Under the pieces are notes generated by a model. That model searched no databases and was not told the DNA's origin. It saw nothing but the letters and a program-made list of their open reading frames with translations. From positions 3,168,001 to 3,232,000 of the forward strand of contig CBDDIJ010000003.1 in assembly GCA_965228855.1 (NCBI GenBank): 64,000 nt of DNA. The letters run 5' to 3'. Position 1 is the first letter of the stretch. Every line of letters starts with the position of its first letter. The DNA comes from Candidatus Obscuribacterales bacterium. Its GTDB lineage: Bacteria > Cyanobacteriota > Vampirovibrionia > Obscuribacterales > Obscuribacteraceae. This document shows positions 1 to 9,932 of this stretch, in pieces. Position numbers and translations under genes: made by a program.

Positions 1-1850
1 AGCCCTTCTTTGCTGTCGTTGCTAACGGTTACTTTAGAACTGAACGAGTCACCGGAAACCTTCACGCCACCTTTAACTGGAACATCGGAAACCGGCTTTA
101 CTTCACCTGGATCCGGTCCAGCCATCATGATTAGCGGCGCCGCGAGCGCAACCGGTGGAACGAACATGCCACCAGCTATGGCGGCAAGCATACCGGCAGT
201 TTTCAAAGCAAAAATCGCTTTCGAATGATCCTTCTCCGACTTCTGTTTGTAAGCGACGAAGTCTAACGGAGGGAAGTAGGGCAGAGGTTCCGTACTGTTT
301 TCTTCCTGCGGCGGCAGATCGCTTACGCCTTCCCAGGCGAGCGTGATCCGGTCGAACACATAAGGTCTATCAACCGTCCCCTCTACCTCAATCTTGTCAC
401 CGACGCGGGCTGTTTTCGGCACGGGGTGTATGATTCCGCGGTTAGTCAAAACTTCGATACACGAAATAATTTGAGCCCCCTGATTCATCGGCTCAATTGC
501 ATAGCCAACATGAGTGGCTTCCGGAGCCAGTAGCGCCTCACGATCATCTTGTTGCATCAGCAATTGCTTCAGCAGCTTTGCGACCGCTGCCTTACAGAGA
601 TGCGAGGTGTTCAGATCGGCAGTGCTTAGAATGGCAAGGGTTTCGTTGACAGCATCGACTCCGCCAAGCAAAGTGTAGCGCCTGTCAGGATTATCGCCTT
701 TAGCGTTATTGTGCGATACAACACCGCGCTCAACCAGATCGCGGATTTGTTCGTCCGCCATTTTCTGCGCCAGATGATTATGTTGAAGCACTCCAAGCGC
801 TCGCCTCTGGCGTTCGTAATTAATCAGCTCGAGCGCATAAGCATCCAGAATGGTTCTGTTCGACTTTTTGTAGTTGTCGGGGTTGTCGATAATCTCGTCG
901 AGATAAGCCAACTCCGCAGGGTCCGGGCTGTTGTTCGCCATCGGGTTATCGACGAATCCTTCAGGCGGACCAAGTCCGTCATCGAACATCCCACCGGGCG
1001 GTTCAGCGGAAGGGGCCTTGCCAAGCAAAGTAGTCTTCAGGCGCTCGGTACGATCGAACAACGAATCATTGGGGTACGTCTTTGCAAACACCGCGGATTC
1101 AAGTGAAATCAGGCGTTCCTCAATCTGCAAATCCGGTTTGGAAGTTCCGAATGTCAGCTGCTCGAGTTTTCCAATCGCGGGATACATATCAGCGGGTGAC
1201 GGCTGGGACGCACCGCCTGCAGTGGCAGTTGAGCCAGAAGAACTCTTGCCGATAGGCGGCGCAGTTTTCAATCCTCCACCTGAAGAGCTGTACGAACTGC
1301 TGCCTTTCGACGAACTTGAGCCCAGTGAACTTAGACCCGCTTTGCTACCGGACGAGTCGCTGCGGCTTGATGAACTCACTGAAGAGGAAGTACCCGAGTG
1401 CGTATTTGAATTCGAAGGTCGAGATATTCTATAGGGATCGGAAGGCCGGCTAATTCGATCAGAGTCTTTTCCAGTTCCACTACCCGGGAGTTGACCAGGT
1501 CGAGCTATCCGATCGCTGCTCTCCGAAGACGGATGTGCGGAATTTTTGGGAACGCTGTCCAGCTGAGCATGCTGTTCCTGAACGGCACTAGCAGCCGGCT
1601 TCGCAGTCTCTGTGCGATCAGATGGTTTGACAATTTTCGGTGCAGTCGGTGGCATCGTTGCAGAACTGCTCTGCGCAAGTGCAGGCGCAGCCGGCATGAG
1701 CATCAGAAGGCTGAGCGCGACAGCGATAAACGGTTTCATCGCAAAAGAAAAATTTGATCGCGTGATGATTGCGATCGCGCCAAGCAACAAAGCTTTGAGA
1801 AGCTCGGGTGCCGGTGAGGAATAGATTCTTTGCGTGGAGAGAAAAGACAC
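1..1850 (-). CDS. Secreted CAP/SCP-like domain protein, running off the window edge (3' end missing)
   Basis: Minus-strand frame read manually from GTG 1850 (alternative ATG 1739) toward base 1; absent from the ORF track, consistent with no stop in the window. Signal peptide (MKPFIAVALSLLMLMPAAPALAQ), Ser-rich linker, then CAP-like segment (GVVSHNNAKGDNPDRRY...VNETLA...LLAPEATHVG). Confidence 0.65.
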   Translation of the reverse strand, partial: MSFLSTQRIYSSPAPELLKALLLGAIAIITRSNFSFAMKPFIAVALSLLMLMPAAPALAQSSSATMPPTAPKIVKPSDRTETAKPAASAVQEQHAQLDSVPKNSAHPSSESSDRIARPGQLPGSGTGKDSDRISRPSDPYRISRPSNSNTHSGTSSSVSSSSRSDSSGSKAGLSSLGSSSSKGSSSYSSSGGGLKTAPPIGKSSSGSTATAGGASQPSPADMYPAIGKLEQLTFGTSKPDLQIEERLISLESAVFAKTYPNDSLFDRTERLKTTLLGKAPSAEPPGGMFDDGLGPPEGFVDNPMANNSPDPAELAYLDEIIDNPDNYKKSNRTILDAYALELINYERQRRALGVLQHNHLAQKMADEQIRDLVERGVVSHNNAKGDNPDRRYTLLGGVDAVNETLAILSTADLNTSHLCKAAVAKLLKQLLMQQDDREALLAPEATHVGYAIEPMNQGAQIISCIEVLTNRGIIHPVPKTARVGDKIEVEGTVDRPYVFDRITLAWEGVSDLPPQEENSTEPLPYFPPLDFVAYKQKSEKDHSKAIFALKTAGMLAAIAGGMFVPPVALAAPLIMMAGPDPGEVKPVSDVPVKGGVKVSGDSFSSKVTVSNDSKEG

Positions 1851-2081
1851 GAAGAGAACCAGCCTGTAGCGATACTTATATATTGTCGTCCAAAACGGCG
1901 TCGAAAACAAACCAGCCAACAAACTTTACAACGACGCCCATCGGTCTATTAGGACGGGACACCTGAAACTCCGAACTCCATCGCGCTAAGACTGATTGAG
2001 ACGATTGTTTCATCGTTTTGTTGCAGGAAACTGTCAGGTTTCAAGGCGCCGGTGCAACGCGGCGATCACATTTGTCTGTTT

Positions 2082-2777
2082 CTAAATCGTGCTGCGGATC
2101 GACAGCGGTTCGTACTTGTCGGACAGCTCGTCGAAGTTCATCTGGCGCGCGGAGCTTCGGTCCTTATCCGCATTAGCTCGGTCTTCCAGCGCATCGTATG
2201 CTTTGGCGCGGAAGAAGTAAGCACGTCCCCAGGTCGGCACCAATTTAATAGCTTCAGAAAAATCGTCTAGAGCCAGCTTCGGATCCGCAAGCTCCAGGTG
2301 CATCTCGCCCCGATCCATGTAGATCGGCGCCACGTCTGACTTCCCTTCGGCGAGTTTGACGGCTTCATCGAAATCCTTAGCCGCGTCCTCGAACTTGCCG
2401 ATCTTCATCAGAGCCTTGGCGCGCGTGTCGAGATAAAACATCCGGCGGCGCGAATCCTTTGGAGAAGCAAGATCCAGAGCGTGCGTAGCGTCGTCGACCG
2501 CTTGCTGAGTGCGCCCTACATGACGGCATGCACGCGAGCGCCGCCACCAATAGACGGGATTCGCATCGTCAAGCCTCACCGCCTGGTCCCAGTCCTCGAT
2601 TGCTTTATCGTACTCTTCTCGCTCATATTTCTCGCAGGCGCGCTCGTCCCAGGCTGCGGCATCACCAGGAAAAGTGTTGGCGTAAGTGCATCCCAGTTGC
2701 ACCAGGCATATCGAGATACAGGCAACTAAACCTAAGAGGCTTCGCCTGGCTCTAAATATGTTTTGGATGGCTCGCAT
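2082..2777 (-). CDS. TPR-repeat protein, possible lipoprotein
   Basis: Several TPR motifs (YDKAIEDWDQAVRLD, AAKDFDEAVKL, ALDDFSEAIKLVP); hydrophobic N-terminus ending LGC. Confidence 0.85.
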   Translation of the reverse strand: MRAIQNIFRARRSLLGLVACISICLVQLGCTYANTFPGDAAAWDERACEKYEREEYDKAIEDWDQAVRLDDANPVYWWRRSRACRHVGRTQQAVDDATHALDLASPKDSRRRMFYLDTRAKALMKIGKFEDAAKDFDEAVKLAEGKSDVAPIYMDRGEMHLELADPKLALDDFSEAIKLVPTWGRAYFFRAKAYDALEDRANADKDRSSARQMNFDELSDKYEPLSIRSTI

Positions 2778-2813
2778 GGCTGCCGTGAAACCCCTGTATT
2801 CAACGCCTTACGC

Positions 2814-3647
2814 TTAAACGCCGCGCAGGGCAATCATTGCGCCTTGCCGACCGGTCGTTCCACCGGATTGTCGGTGTGAATAAAACATACCCGGATTGCA
2901 TGCGGTGCAAAAGTTGGAAACATCAACTTGCTCGACACCGCACTCCAGAAGCTGAAGGGCGTTAAACGCCTTCAAATCAGGCGCCGGCTGGCTTCCATTG
3001 CGTCCAATCAGACCGTCCGGACCGGTCGAAACAGTCTCGCTCAAAGCTCTGGCAACATCGTCGGACGTCGGATAACAACACGGTCCGATGGCGGGACCGA
3101 CAGCGCCCACCATGTTACGCGGATCACCGCCCATTTCCTTGACCATACGTTCAACACCGTGACTGACTATGCTGGCAGCCGTCCCTCGCCAACCGGCGTG
3201 AAAAATGCCTATCAGTTTTTTCCTGGTTTCAACAACCATAACCGGCACACAATCTGCGAAGTGCAGCAATAGAGGCGTCGCATCTTTCTCGGTCAACAAA
3301 CCGTCCACGCCCTTCAAATCAGGCATGTGCTCTCGCTCCCGGACGATTTCCACGTTACGAGAATGGACCTGCCCTGGCACAAACAAATTGGAGAAGTCCA
3401 CGGAAAGCGCGTTGCATAAACGCATGCGATTGTTGATTGCATCACGTTTGGTCTCGTCATCGCCGACGCTGCCGCCCAGGTTAAACGAATCGAATGGCGC
3501 TTTGGTTTCACCACCCAGACGGGTCGTGAAAGCATGCGTCACGAAATCGAGTTCGGACAGGCGCGGCGAAAAAATCAGCTCCATCCCATCCACATTTTTG
3601 ACCGTCCATTCGTTAGTCTTACGGGCGATTTCAACCAAGTTTGCCAT
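2814..3647 (-). CDS. pgeF: Peptidoglycan editing factor PgeF / YfiH laccase-domain protein
   Basis: Motifs HAFTTR, QVHS, ADCVPV, HAGWRG, GPAIGPCCY, CT..FYSHR. Start moved to ATG 3647, which overlaps the upstream SDR stop (TGATG coupling). Confidence 0.92.
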   Translation of the reverse strand: MANLVEIARKTNEWTVKNVDGMELIFSPRLSELDFVTHAFTTRLGGETKAPFDSFNLGGSVGDDETKRDAINNRMRLCNALSVDFSNLFVPGQVHSRNVEIVREREHMPDLKGVDGLLTEKDATPLLLHFADCVPVMVVETRKKLIGIFHAGWRGTAASIVSHGVERMVKEMGGDPRNMVGAVGPAIGPCCYPTSDDVARALSETVSTGPDGLIGRNGSQPAPDLKAFNALQLLECGVEQVDVSNFCTACNPGMFYSHRQSGGTTGRQGAMIALRGV

Positions 3648-4471
3648 CACGATATCGAAAGACCTCCGCATATGTTGATTGCTTGTCCAGTTATACCTTT
3701 TGCTCGATCGGAACACAAATAGCCAACTAATCCAGCCACCTCATCGGGCTGTATAAGCCGCATTTGGGGGACCGACAGTCGCGCGATATCCAGCGATTCC
3801 TCCGGATTGATGTCGTTGAGCCGGCACCACTCAGGGTCATTTATTTGCTCCTGAGCCATATCTGTCTCAACCCAGCCTGGACAGACAGAATTGACAGTTA
3901 TACAGTGACGGGCAAGCTCAAGTGCGAGCGATTGCGTAACTCCGATTAAACCAAATTTTGACGCCGAATACGCGGTGCCATAAGCCTCCGCCTTTTGACC
4001 GGATATGGAAGATATATTGATTATCCTTCCCCACTTACGCTCGATCATCGCAGGAGCAAAAACTTTTGCAAGTATATATGGCGCATTGAGATTGACAGCC
4101 ATAGTGCGTTTCCAGAGGTCGTCATTGCCTGGATCTGAAGCTTCCCAGCCGTCGGCATGCTCAAGCGGTATGTAGTCTGTTGAATAAATTCCCGCGTTAT
4201 TGACAAGAACATCCACGTGAAAGTCTTCCGCTTTCAGCCATTTCGCAAGCTCCAGCGCAAAAGATTCTTTCTCGATGTCCAAACTTTTATAAATGGCAGT
4301 GCCCGAATTTTTGTCGTTGATTTCCTTCGCCAGCGATTCGAGAAGATTGGTGCTTCGCGCTACCAGAGCCGTGCGAGCACCGAGAGCGGCTAATTCGAGA
4401 GCGATCGCGCGACCGATTCCGCGACTCGCCCCGGTCACCAATGCGTTTTTGCCGTGTAATTCAGTCGTCAT
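3647..4471 (-). CDS. SDR family NAD(P)-dependent oxidoreductase
   Basis: TGASRGIG, NNAG, YSASK catalytic motif, VCPGWVET. Confidence 0.93.
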   Translation of the reverse strand: MTTELHGKNALVTGASRGIGRAIALELAALGARTALVARSTNLLESLAKEINDKNSGTAIYKSLDIEKESFALELAKWLKAEDFHVDVLVNNAGIYSTDYIPLEHADGWEASDPGNDDLWKRTMAVNLNAPYILAKVFAPAMIERKWGRIINISSISGQKAEAYGTAYSASKFGLIGVTQSLALELARHCITVNSVCPGWVETDMAQEQINDPEWCRLNDINPEESLDIARLSVPQMRLIQPDEVAGLVGYLCSDRAKGITGQAINICGGLSIS

Positions 4472-4881
4472 ATCGGTTGTACTAATCTGGAGCGAAGTCT
4501 GTCTCTAAGCAAATTTTGCTGTGGGCAAGCCAGAAAGGGTTTCCCTACAACCAATGACTCCGCTCGCCCGCTCATTCCTCGACTCCACACAATTCGACTA
4601 TACGCTTCCCACGTAAGATTCGGGTTTGCAGATTATTAACTGCACATATGGAATTTCCTCTAATCACACTTCGAAGTAAACCGAGATGCTCCGCTTGACC
4701 ACCATCGGACGGCGCAGCTATATTGGGTTTATCAAACTCTCAGAAACGTAATCGGGAACATTGGTAGACTTTGATAGTCATAAAGCCCAGTTCGCATTGC
4801 GGGCAACGGTGAATGTCGAGTCCTACGGATTAAGCATAAAGACCCGCACTGACACAACGTCGAGACGATAGGGAACAAACC

Positions 4882-6162
4882 ATGAAGTCGAACAGAAGAT
4901 TTTCAATCTCAAAGCGCACAGTGGCAAGCGCGCTCGTACTCAGTCAAATTCTTTGCCTGACACCACTGGCGGTGCTTGCTGCGGACGTCAGATTCGCAGG
5001 ACACCCTGTCATGACGAACATAGCCGGCTCGGGCTCAGAGTCAGCAGATGCAAGAGCTGAACAAGTTCAGCAAAACCTCGACAACGCTCTCGTCGCTGCC
5101 AAAGACCGCACTCCAGCTTCTGTCAACATAACGTATGTGAAAGGTCTGCCTGTCATTACTCTCGGTGGCTATCAAGTCATCACTGTGGATGCTGCCAGTG
5201 CGAAGGCGAACGGCACCACTCCTGCTGTTCTAGCTGGTAAGTGGGCAGACGGTTTGAGAAACTCGCTCAGAGATCAAGCAAGTGTTCAGAGCTATGTGTC
5301 ACAACTTTCCGGCGACTACGCAAGTAGCGCACCGCCTGTAGCCAACAACCCACCACCGCAGAGCGCTCCGCCTCAAGGTGGTAACGGCGAGTATTTCGGC
5401 AGCAACAACGGACAAGGACAGCCGACTCAATACGGTGCGTCAGCAACATACAACTATGCCTCACCTCAGGGTGGTCAGGGCGGATACGCCGCTCCTCAAG
5501 GCAACGTAGGATACAACCCACCTCAACGTGGATACAGACAGGGGCGCGTGGCCTACGCACCGGCCGGACTGGTTATCCCTGCACAGTTGAATACGTCGAT
5601 TGCGACTCAAGTTGCACGTCCTGGCGATATGATTCAAGCTGGCATTTCCCAAGCCGTTATCCTTGGAGACTCTCAAATTCCCGCTGGCTCAGTGCTTCTC
5701 GGTCAAGTTTCGGAAGCTAAAAAAGGCGGCTATCTTGGAATGTCAGGCAAATTAGAAATTCAATTCAATAGAATTAGAACTCCTGACGGCACCGAAACAC
5801 CAATCGTTGCGCATATCGTCGGTGGCATCGGTAAATACGATGACAAAGACGGCAATGGTGAGCTCGTAGGTGAGACCTGGAAAGGCAAGACCGTTCAAGC
5901 CGTCGGTAGAGGCGCAGTCGGAGCCGGTGTAGGAGCTGCACTCGGCACCGCAGTTGGTGCAATCGCGGGCGGCAGAGGTGGCGTTGGAAGAGGCGCCTGG
6001 TCTGGCACCGCCATTGGTGGCGGCGCCGGTGTCGCACAGAGCTTGCTCTTGCGTAAAGGCAAAGACGTGACCATCCCGTCCGGAACGCCCCTGCAAATTC
6101 AACTTGACGCCCCATCATCCATCGCCGGAGCCGGACCTGGTCCATACGTCGGAGCCTACTAA
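4882..6162 (+). CDS. Secreted protein with C-terminal TrbI/VirB10-like beta domain and glycine zipper
   Basis: Signal peptide, Pro/Gln/Gly linker, IPAGSVLLGQV...GKLEIQFNRIRTPDG, GxxxG zipper, DVTIPSGTPLQIQL. Confidence 0.65.
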   Translation: MKSNRRFSISKRTVASALVLSQILCLTPLAVLAADVRFAGHPVMTNIAGSGSESADARAEQVQQNLDNALVAAKDRTPASVNITYVKGLPVITLGGYQVITVDAASAKANGTTPAVLAGKWADGLRNSLRDQASVQSYVSQLSGDYASSAPPVANNPPPQSAPPQGGNGEYFGSNNGQGQPTQYGASATYNYASPQGGQGGYAAPQGNVGYNPPQRGYRQGRVAYAPAGLVIPAQLNTSIATQVARPGDMIQAGISQAVILGDSQIPAGSVLLGQVSEAKKGGYLGMSGKLEIQFNRIRTPDGTETPIVAHIVGGIGKYDDKDGNGELVGETWKGKTVQAVGRGAVGAGVGAALGTAVGAIAGGRGGVGRGAWSGTAIGGGAGVAQSLLLRKGKDVTIPSGTPLQIQLDAPSSIAGAGPGPYVGAY

Positions 6163-6395
6163 TAGATGGTCTGACTTAACAGTCAGTCCCAGAGCCTTTC
6201 GGGTCAAAGTTCCATTAGAGACTTTGAGAGATTCTTTCGCAAACAACAGGATTTCTGACCGCTGCTCGCCGGCAAGCTGTTACACATCAGCGCGTCATCT
6301 TCAGCAACCTGAATGCTCAATCGACTAATAAGCCAGCAGGCAATTTGGTTGAGCTAAAAGGTCCAATTGCGTCAAGTCCTACTGAACTCGATGAG

Positions 6396-6432
6396 AAACG
6401 CGCAGCCCTGTCGGACTGCGCGTTTGATTTTT
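6396..6432. terminator. Probable intrinsic terminator between convergent genes
   Basis: AAACGCGCAG...CTGCGCGTTT 10-bp stem followed by GATTTTT. Confidence 0.6.
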
Positions 6433-6477
6433 CAGGTCGTTGCAGAATTCATCTGTGCTTAGAAAAGCCCTTCTGAA

Positions 6478-8184
6478 CTATTTCTTCTTCGACTTCGACT
6501 TTTTCTCTTTGGGCTCGGTCAACACCTGACCACGAACCTTCGCGCTGGATCCAGGCATGATGGATGCTTCGGAGCGCGCCTCGCCGGTGAATTCTTGTTT
6601 GAGCTCAACAAGGAATTCGTCGCCCGGTTTGATGATGCATTCCTGACCTTTGGTGACAGTGTCTTCGATAATCCAGCTACCCGGAACGCCGCTCAAGAAG
6701 CCCCAAGCGAAGCCTTTGATTCGACGGTGACGAACGTTGGTACCAACTGGTTTCATGAACGCGAATGACGGGTTCACCGCACCAATAACACCGAGAGCGA
6801 CTGGCATAGCGCCGAAACTGAATACACCAGCCGGAGCAAGTGCGAAGTTCAATCCAACGCGGATAGCTTTGTACTTCAACTGTTGTCCCCACGGTCCGAC
6901 GATTTGACCCTCGTCGTTAACACCGAGCTCGCGGCCTTCAGCTTTGTTTCTTACGATACGCGACTTACGAGCAGGTTTTGCGTTAAGCGCAATGTGCTCT
7001 TTCTTGCTGTTGATGATTTCGTCGAAAGTGATACCAATTACGCCGGAATTTTTATACCAGCGTTTTGGAGTTACCAACGAGTGCATGACGGAGCGAGCAG
7101 GCAAGTTGTAGTTGATGTGACCGGTTACTAGCGCGCCTTTTTCAGCGACTAAACGATCGCCGATCTTGAGGTCGTACTTCAGACGAGCTTGAAGCGTGTC
7201 ACCCTTCTTGTTGTTCTTACTGTTCAACTGCGACGACATGACGACCGGAAATTGAGCACCGGAGACGATCTTCGTTTTGCCGTCGTCGGTCGGAAGTTCC
7301 TCATAAGGAATCGTCTCGGTCTCTACGGCTTCGTCATTGTCGATAACGATAACTTCGCCGAGAGTCTCGCGAACGCCTTGTTCTACGAAGCCATGCTCGA
7401 GAAGAGCGACTTCGCCGTCACCATTGTCTCCGATGAATCCACCGATGCCGTCTTTATTGACGCGCTCGCCATCAGCGCGAACTTCAGCTGGCTCACTGAC
7501 AATTGGTGTCTTCTCGGCGATTTGCTTGTTCGGCTCCTCTTGAGGAGTGGCGGCTGTTTCAGTTCCTGCAGCCGATTCCGTTGAAGCTCCAGGAATTGGT
7601 GAAGCGTCGGTGGCCGGTTTCGTTTCGGTTGAAACTTCAGGTACGTCAGACTGTACTGAAGGAACGCTCGCAGTGGGAGATACTACTGGCGCGCTCGGCG
7701 CAGGTTCTGAAGGAGAAGCAACCGGCGTGCCTGTCGCGGTCGTCGCTGATGCTGTCGGGGAAACAGCAGGCGTGACTGGCGCATTGGCGGTCGGTGTCTC
7801 TACTTCAAGAGGCGAATCACCAGCGGCATGCGCTTCTGTTTTGGCACCGGATGCGGTTTCTCTAACCTCTTCGGGTGTGCTCTTCAGCGCATTCTCAGAG
7901 CTATTAATGAGATCGTTGGCGGCGCTTTCCCAACCACTCGGATTTTCGTCCGCTGGCTCATGCAAAGAATGTTCCGACGCTGTGTCAGAGATGACTCTGC
8001 TAACCGCATCGGCTGTCTGATCGGCAGAACCTGATGTTACAGCTGAATCCAGAGTGGTATTGTCCGCTGCAACCGCCTGTAGTGGCATCGCGAAACTTGA
8101 CAGTAAAAACTGCACGGATAAAAACAACCGCAACCAGGTTGCTTTAGTAAGTTTCTTTTTGGAATGGAAAGTATGCGACCGCAT
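6478..8184 (-). CDS. Secreted protein with low-complexity A/T/P/S/E stalk and C-terminal VirB10-like domain
   Basis: Signal peptide after probable ATG 8184 (ORF open to 8277); C-terminal GAQFPVVMSSQLNSK...LVAEKGALVTGHI...IIKPGDEFLVEL pattern. Confidence 0.6.
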   Translation of the reverse strand: MRSHTFHSKKKLTKATWLRLFLSVQFLLSSFAMPLQAVAADNTTLDSAVTSGSADQTADAVSRVISDTASEHSLHEPADENPSGWESAANDLINSSENALKSTPEEVRETASGAKTEAHAAGDSPLEVETPTANAPVTPAVSPTASATTATGTPVASPSEPAPSAPVVSPTASVPSVQSDVPEVSTETKPATDASPIPGASTESAAGTETAATPQEEPNKQIAEKTPIVSEPAEVRADGERVNKDGIGGFIGDNGDGEVALLEHGFVEQGVRETLGEVIVIDNDEAVETETIPYEELPTDDGKTKIVSGAQFPVVMSSQLNSKNNKKGDTLQARLKYDLKIGDRLVAEKGALVTGHINYNLPARSVMHSLVTPKRWYKNSGVIGITFDEIINSKKEHIALNAKPARKSRIVRNKAEGRELGVNDEGQIVGPWGQQLKYKAIRVGLNFALAPAGVFSFGAMPVALGVIGAVNPSFAFMKPVGTNVRHRRIKGFAWGFLSGVPGSWIIEDTVTKGQECIIKPGDEFLVELKQEFTGEARSEASIMPGSSAKVRGQVLTEPKEKKSKSKKK

Positions 8185-8606
8185 GAAAAGTTCCCCGATA
8201 AGTTCGTTAGATCGAAAACCGCCAGTAGTACCACTTGACTTCAAATCGTGGTACCGAAGGTCGCTATTGTACCGCATTCCCTAAATTACTCGCATCTTGA
8301 GAACCTGCTTGAAAAGCAGGTCTTATGCTCGCAATGACCGGTCGCGAGCAAGGCTTGCAAGAAGTTCATTGAAGGAAATGACAACTTCTGTAACGCAGCA
8401 TTTATGAGCATATCGACTGCATATCAGAATGTAAGCAGCAAGGCTCGTTTCAAAGTGGCGGGCAAGTCAGTTCCAAAGTGGCGAAAGTTTCGAGCTCGGA
8501 GCGTCTTCCAAAGTGGAGTAAGTTTCATCTCAAACGGCTACGAGTACCCACCAAATGGTATACCGCTCGTTTCAACGTACCGCACGCTTGACCGCGAAGC
8601 CGGACT

Positions 8607-9701
8607 TTAATCGTCGTCTTCGTCCATGTATTCGCGTAATCGTCGAGAACGTCCAGGATGACGCAGTTTTCGCAAGGCCTTTGCCTCGATCTGACGAACG
8701 CGTTCTCTCGTGACCCCGAAGAGCTGGCCTACTTCTTCAAGAGTTCTGGTCCTTCCGTCATCCAGACCGAACCGCAGACGTAGCACGTCGCGCTCGCGCG
8801 GACCAAGCCCCGCCATTACTTCAATAATTTCTTCACGCAGCATCTTTTGAGTGACATTCGCCGAAGGCGTCTTCGCATCAGTGTCTTCGACGAAGTCACC
8901 AATATTGCTGTCTTCCTCTTTACCGACTGGTGTCTCAAGCGAAATCGGCTCTTGCGCAATCTTTTGAATCTCGCGCAAACGAGCAACGGTAATCTCCATG
9001 GAGGCGGCGACCTCTTCTTCCGTGGGCTTGCGACCGAGATCTTGAGAAAGCTTGCGTTGTGCCTTTTTGAGTTTATTGATGGTTTCAATCATGTGCACGG
9101 GAATGCGGATTGTCCGTGCCTGGTCAGCAATTGCGCGCGTGATCGCCTGGCGAATCCACCAGGTCGCGTAGGTGCTGAATTTAAAACCACGTTGATAATC
9201 GAATTTGTCGGAGGCGCGCATTAGACCAAGATTTCCTTCCTGGATCAAATCGAGAAACTGCATGCCACGACCCAAATATTTTTTCGCAATCGAGACTACA
9301 AGCCGCAAATTAGCTCTGACCAGGTTGCGTTTCGCCATGGCACCGGTGGCTCCACCCATCTCAATCGCGCGAGCCAACTCGATTTCTTGAGTCGCCGTCA
9401 AAAGCGGTATCGAACCTATTTCGCGAAGATACAGTCGGACAGGGTCGTCAGCAGTGATCGAAGCTGGAACTTCCTCGGCTTTGGATGTATCGACCTCTTC
9501 TTCGAGTTCGTCCACCTTAGGTTCAGGATCGTCCAGGCGCCCTTCCCAGTCTTCTTGCTCGACAGGAAATTCGCCGGCCGAACCGCGCCGGGGCGCATCA
9601 TAATCGACAGGCTCCCCGCGCTTTCGTCCCTCGCCCTTTTTTCGGCCGTTTTTGACTACAGGCTCTTTCCCTTTAACGTTCGCGGTCTTATTTTCGTCCA
9701 T
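8607..9701 (-). CDS. rpoD: RNA polymerase sigma-70 factor, RpoD/SigA type
   Basis: [11 protein letters not shown] (region 1.2), [40 protein letters not shown] (region 2), [21 protein letters not shown] (region 4). Could be a group 2 paralogue. Confidence 0.92.
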   Translation of the reverse strand: MDENKTANVKGKEPVVKNGRKKGEGRKRGEPVDYDAPRRGSAGEFPVEQEDWEGRLDDPEPKVDELEEEVDTSKAEEVPASITADDPVRLYLREIGSIPLLTATQEIELARAIEMGGATGAMAKRNLVRANLRLVVSIAKKYLGRGMQFLDLIQEGNLGLMRASDKFDYQRGFKFSTYATWWIRQAITRAIADQARTIRIPVHMIETINKLKKAQRKLSQDLGRKPTEEEVAASMEITVARLREIQKIAQEPISLETPVGKEEDSNIGDFVEDTDAKTPSANVTQKMLREEIIEVMAGLGPRERDVLRLRFGLDDGRTRTLEEVGQLFGVTRERVRQIEAKALRKLRHPGRSRRLREYMDEDDD

Positions 9702-9822
9702 CTAAAGCAGTCCCAATAAACAGGCAGCAAAAGTTCGCCACTCAAAAAAGTTATGCCCGCTCTCCAATCACCCGACACGCTTTGACAACATCACGCAACA
9801 GACTGCAAACACTGAGTCCGAT

Positions 9823-9856
9823 AAAGAAAGCCCGGCAACCAAACGGTCACCGGGCT
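9823..9856 (-). terminator. Intrinsic terminator after the CHAT gene
   Basis: On the minus strand, GCCCGG...CCGGGC stem followed by TTTCTTT. Confidence 0.55.
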
Positions 9857-9932
9857 GGAGTTTTGCGTTGTCACGAGCTTTTGCTTCCTGACAGGCTCTC
9901 GCTTTTGCATTGCGGCGAGGCTCTCAGTCAGA

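Noticed and set aside
9850..9930. c-di-GMP-I riboswitch
   Set aside because: An ACGCAAAAC segment is reminiscent, but the GGCAAAC/GAAA-loop arrangement and receptor stem are not properly present.
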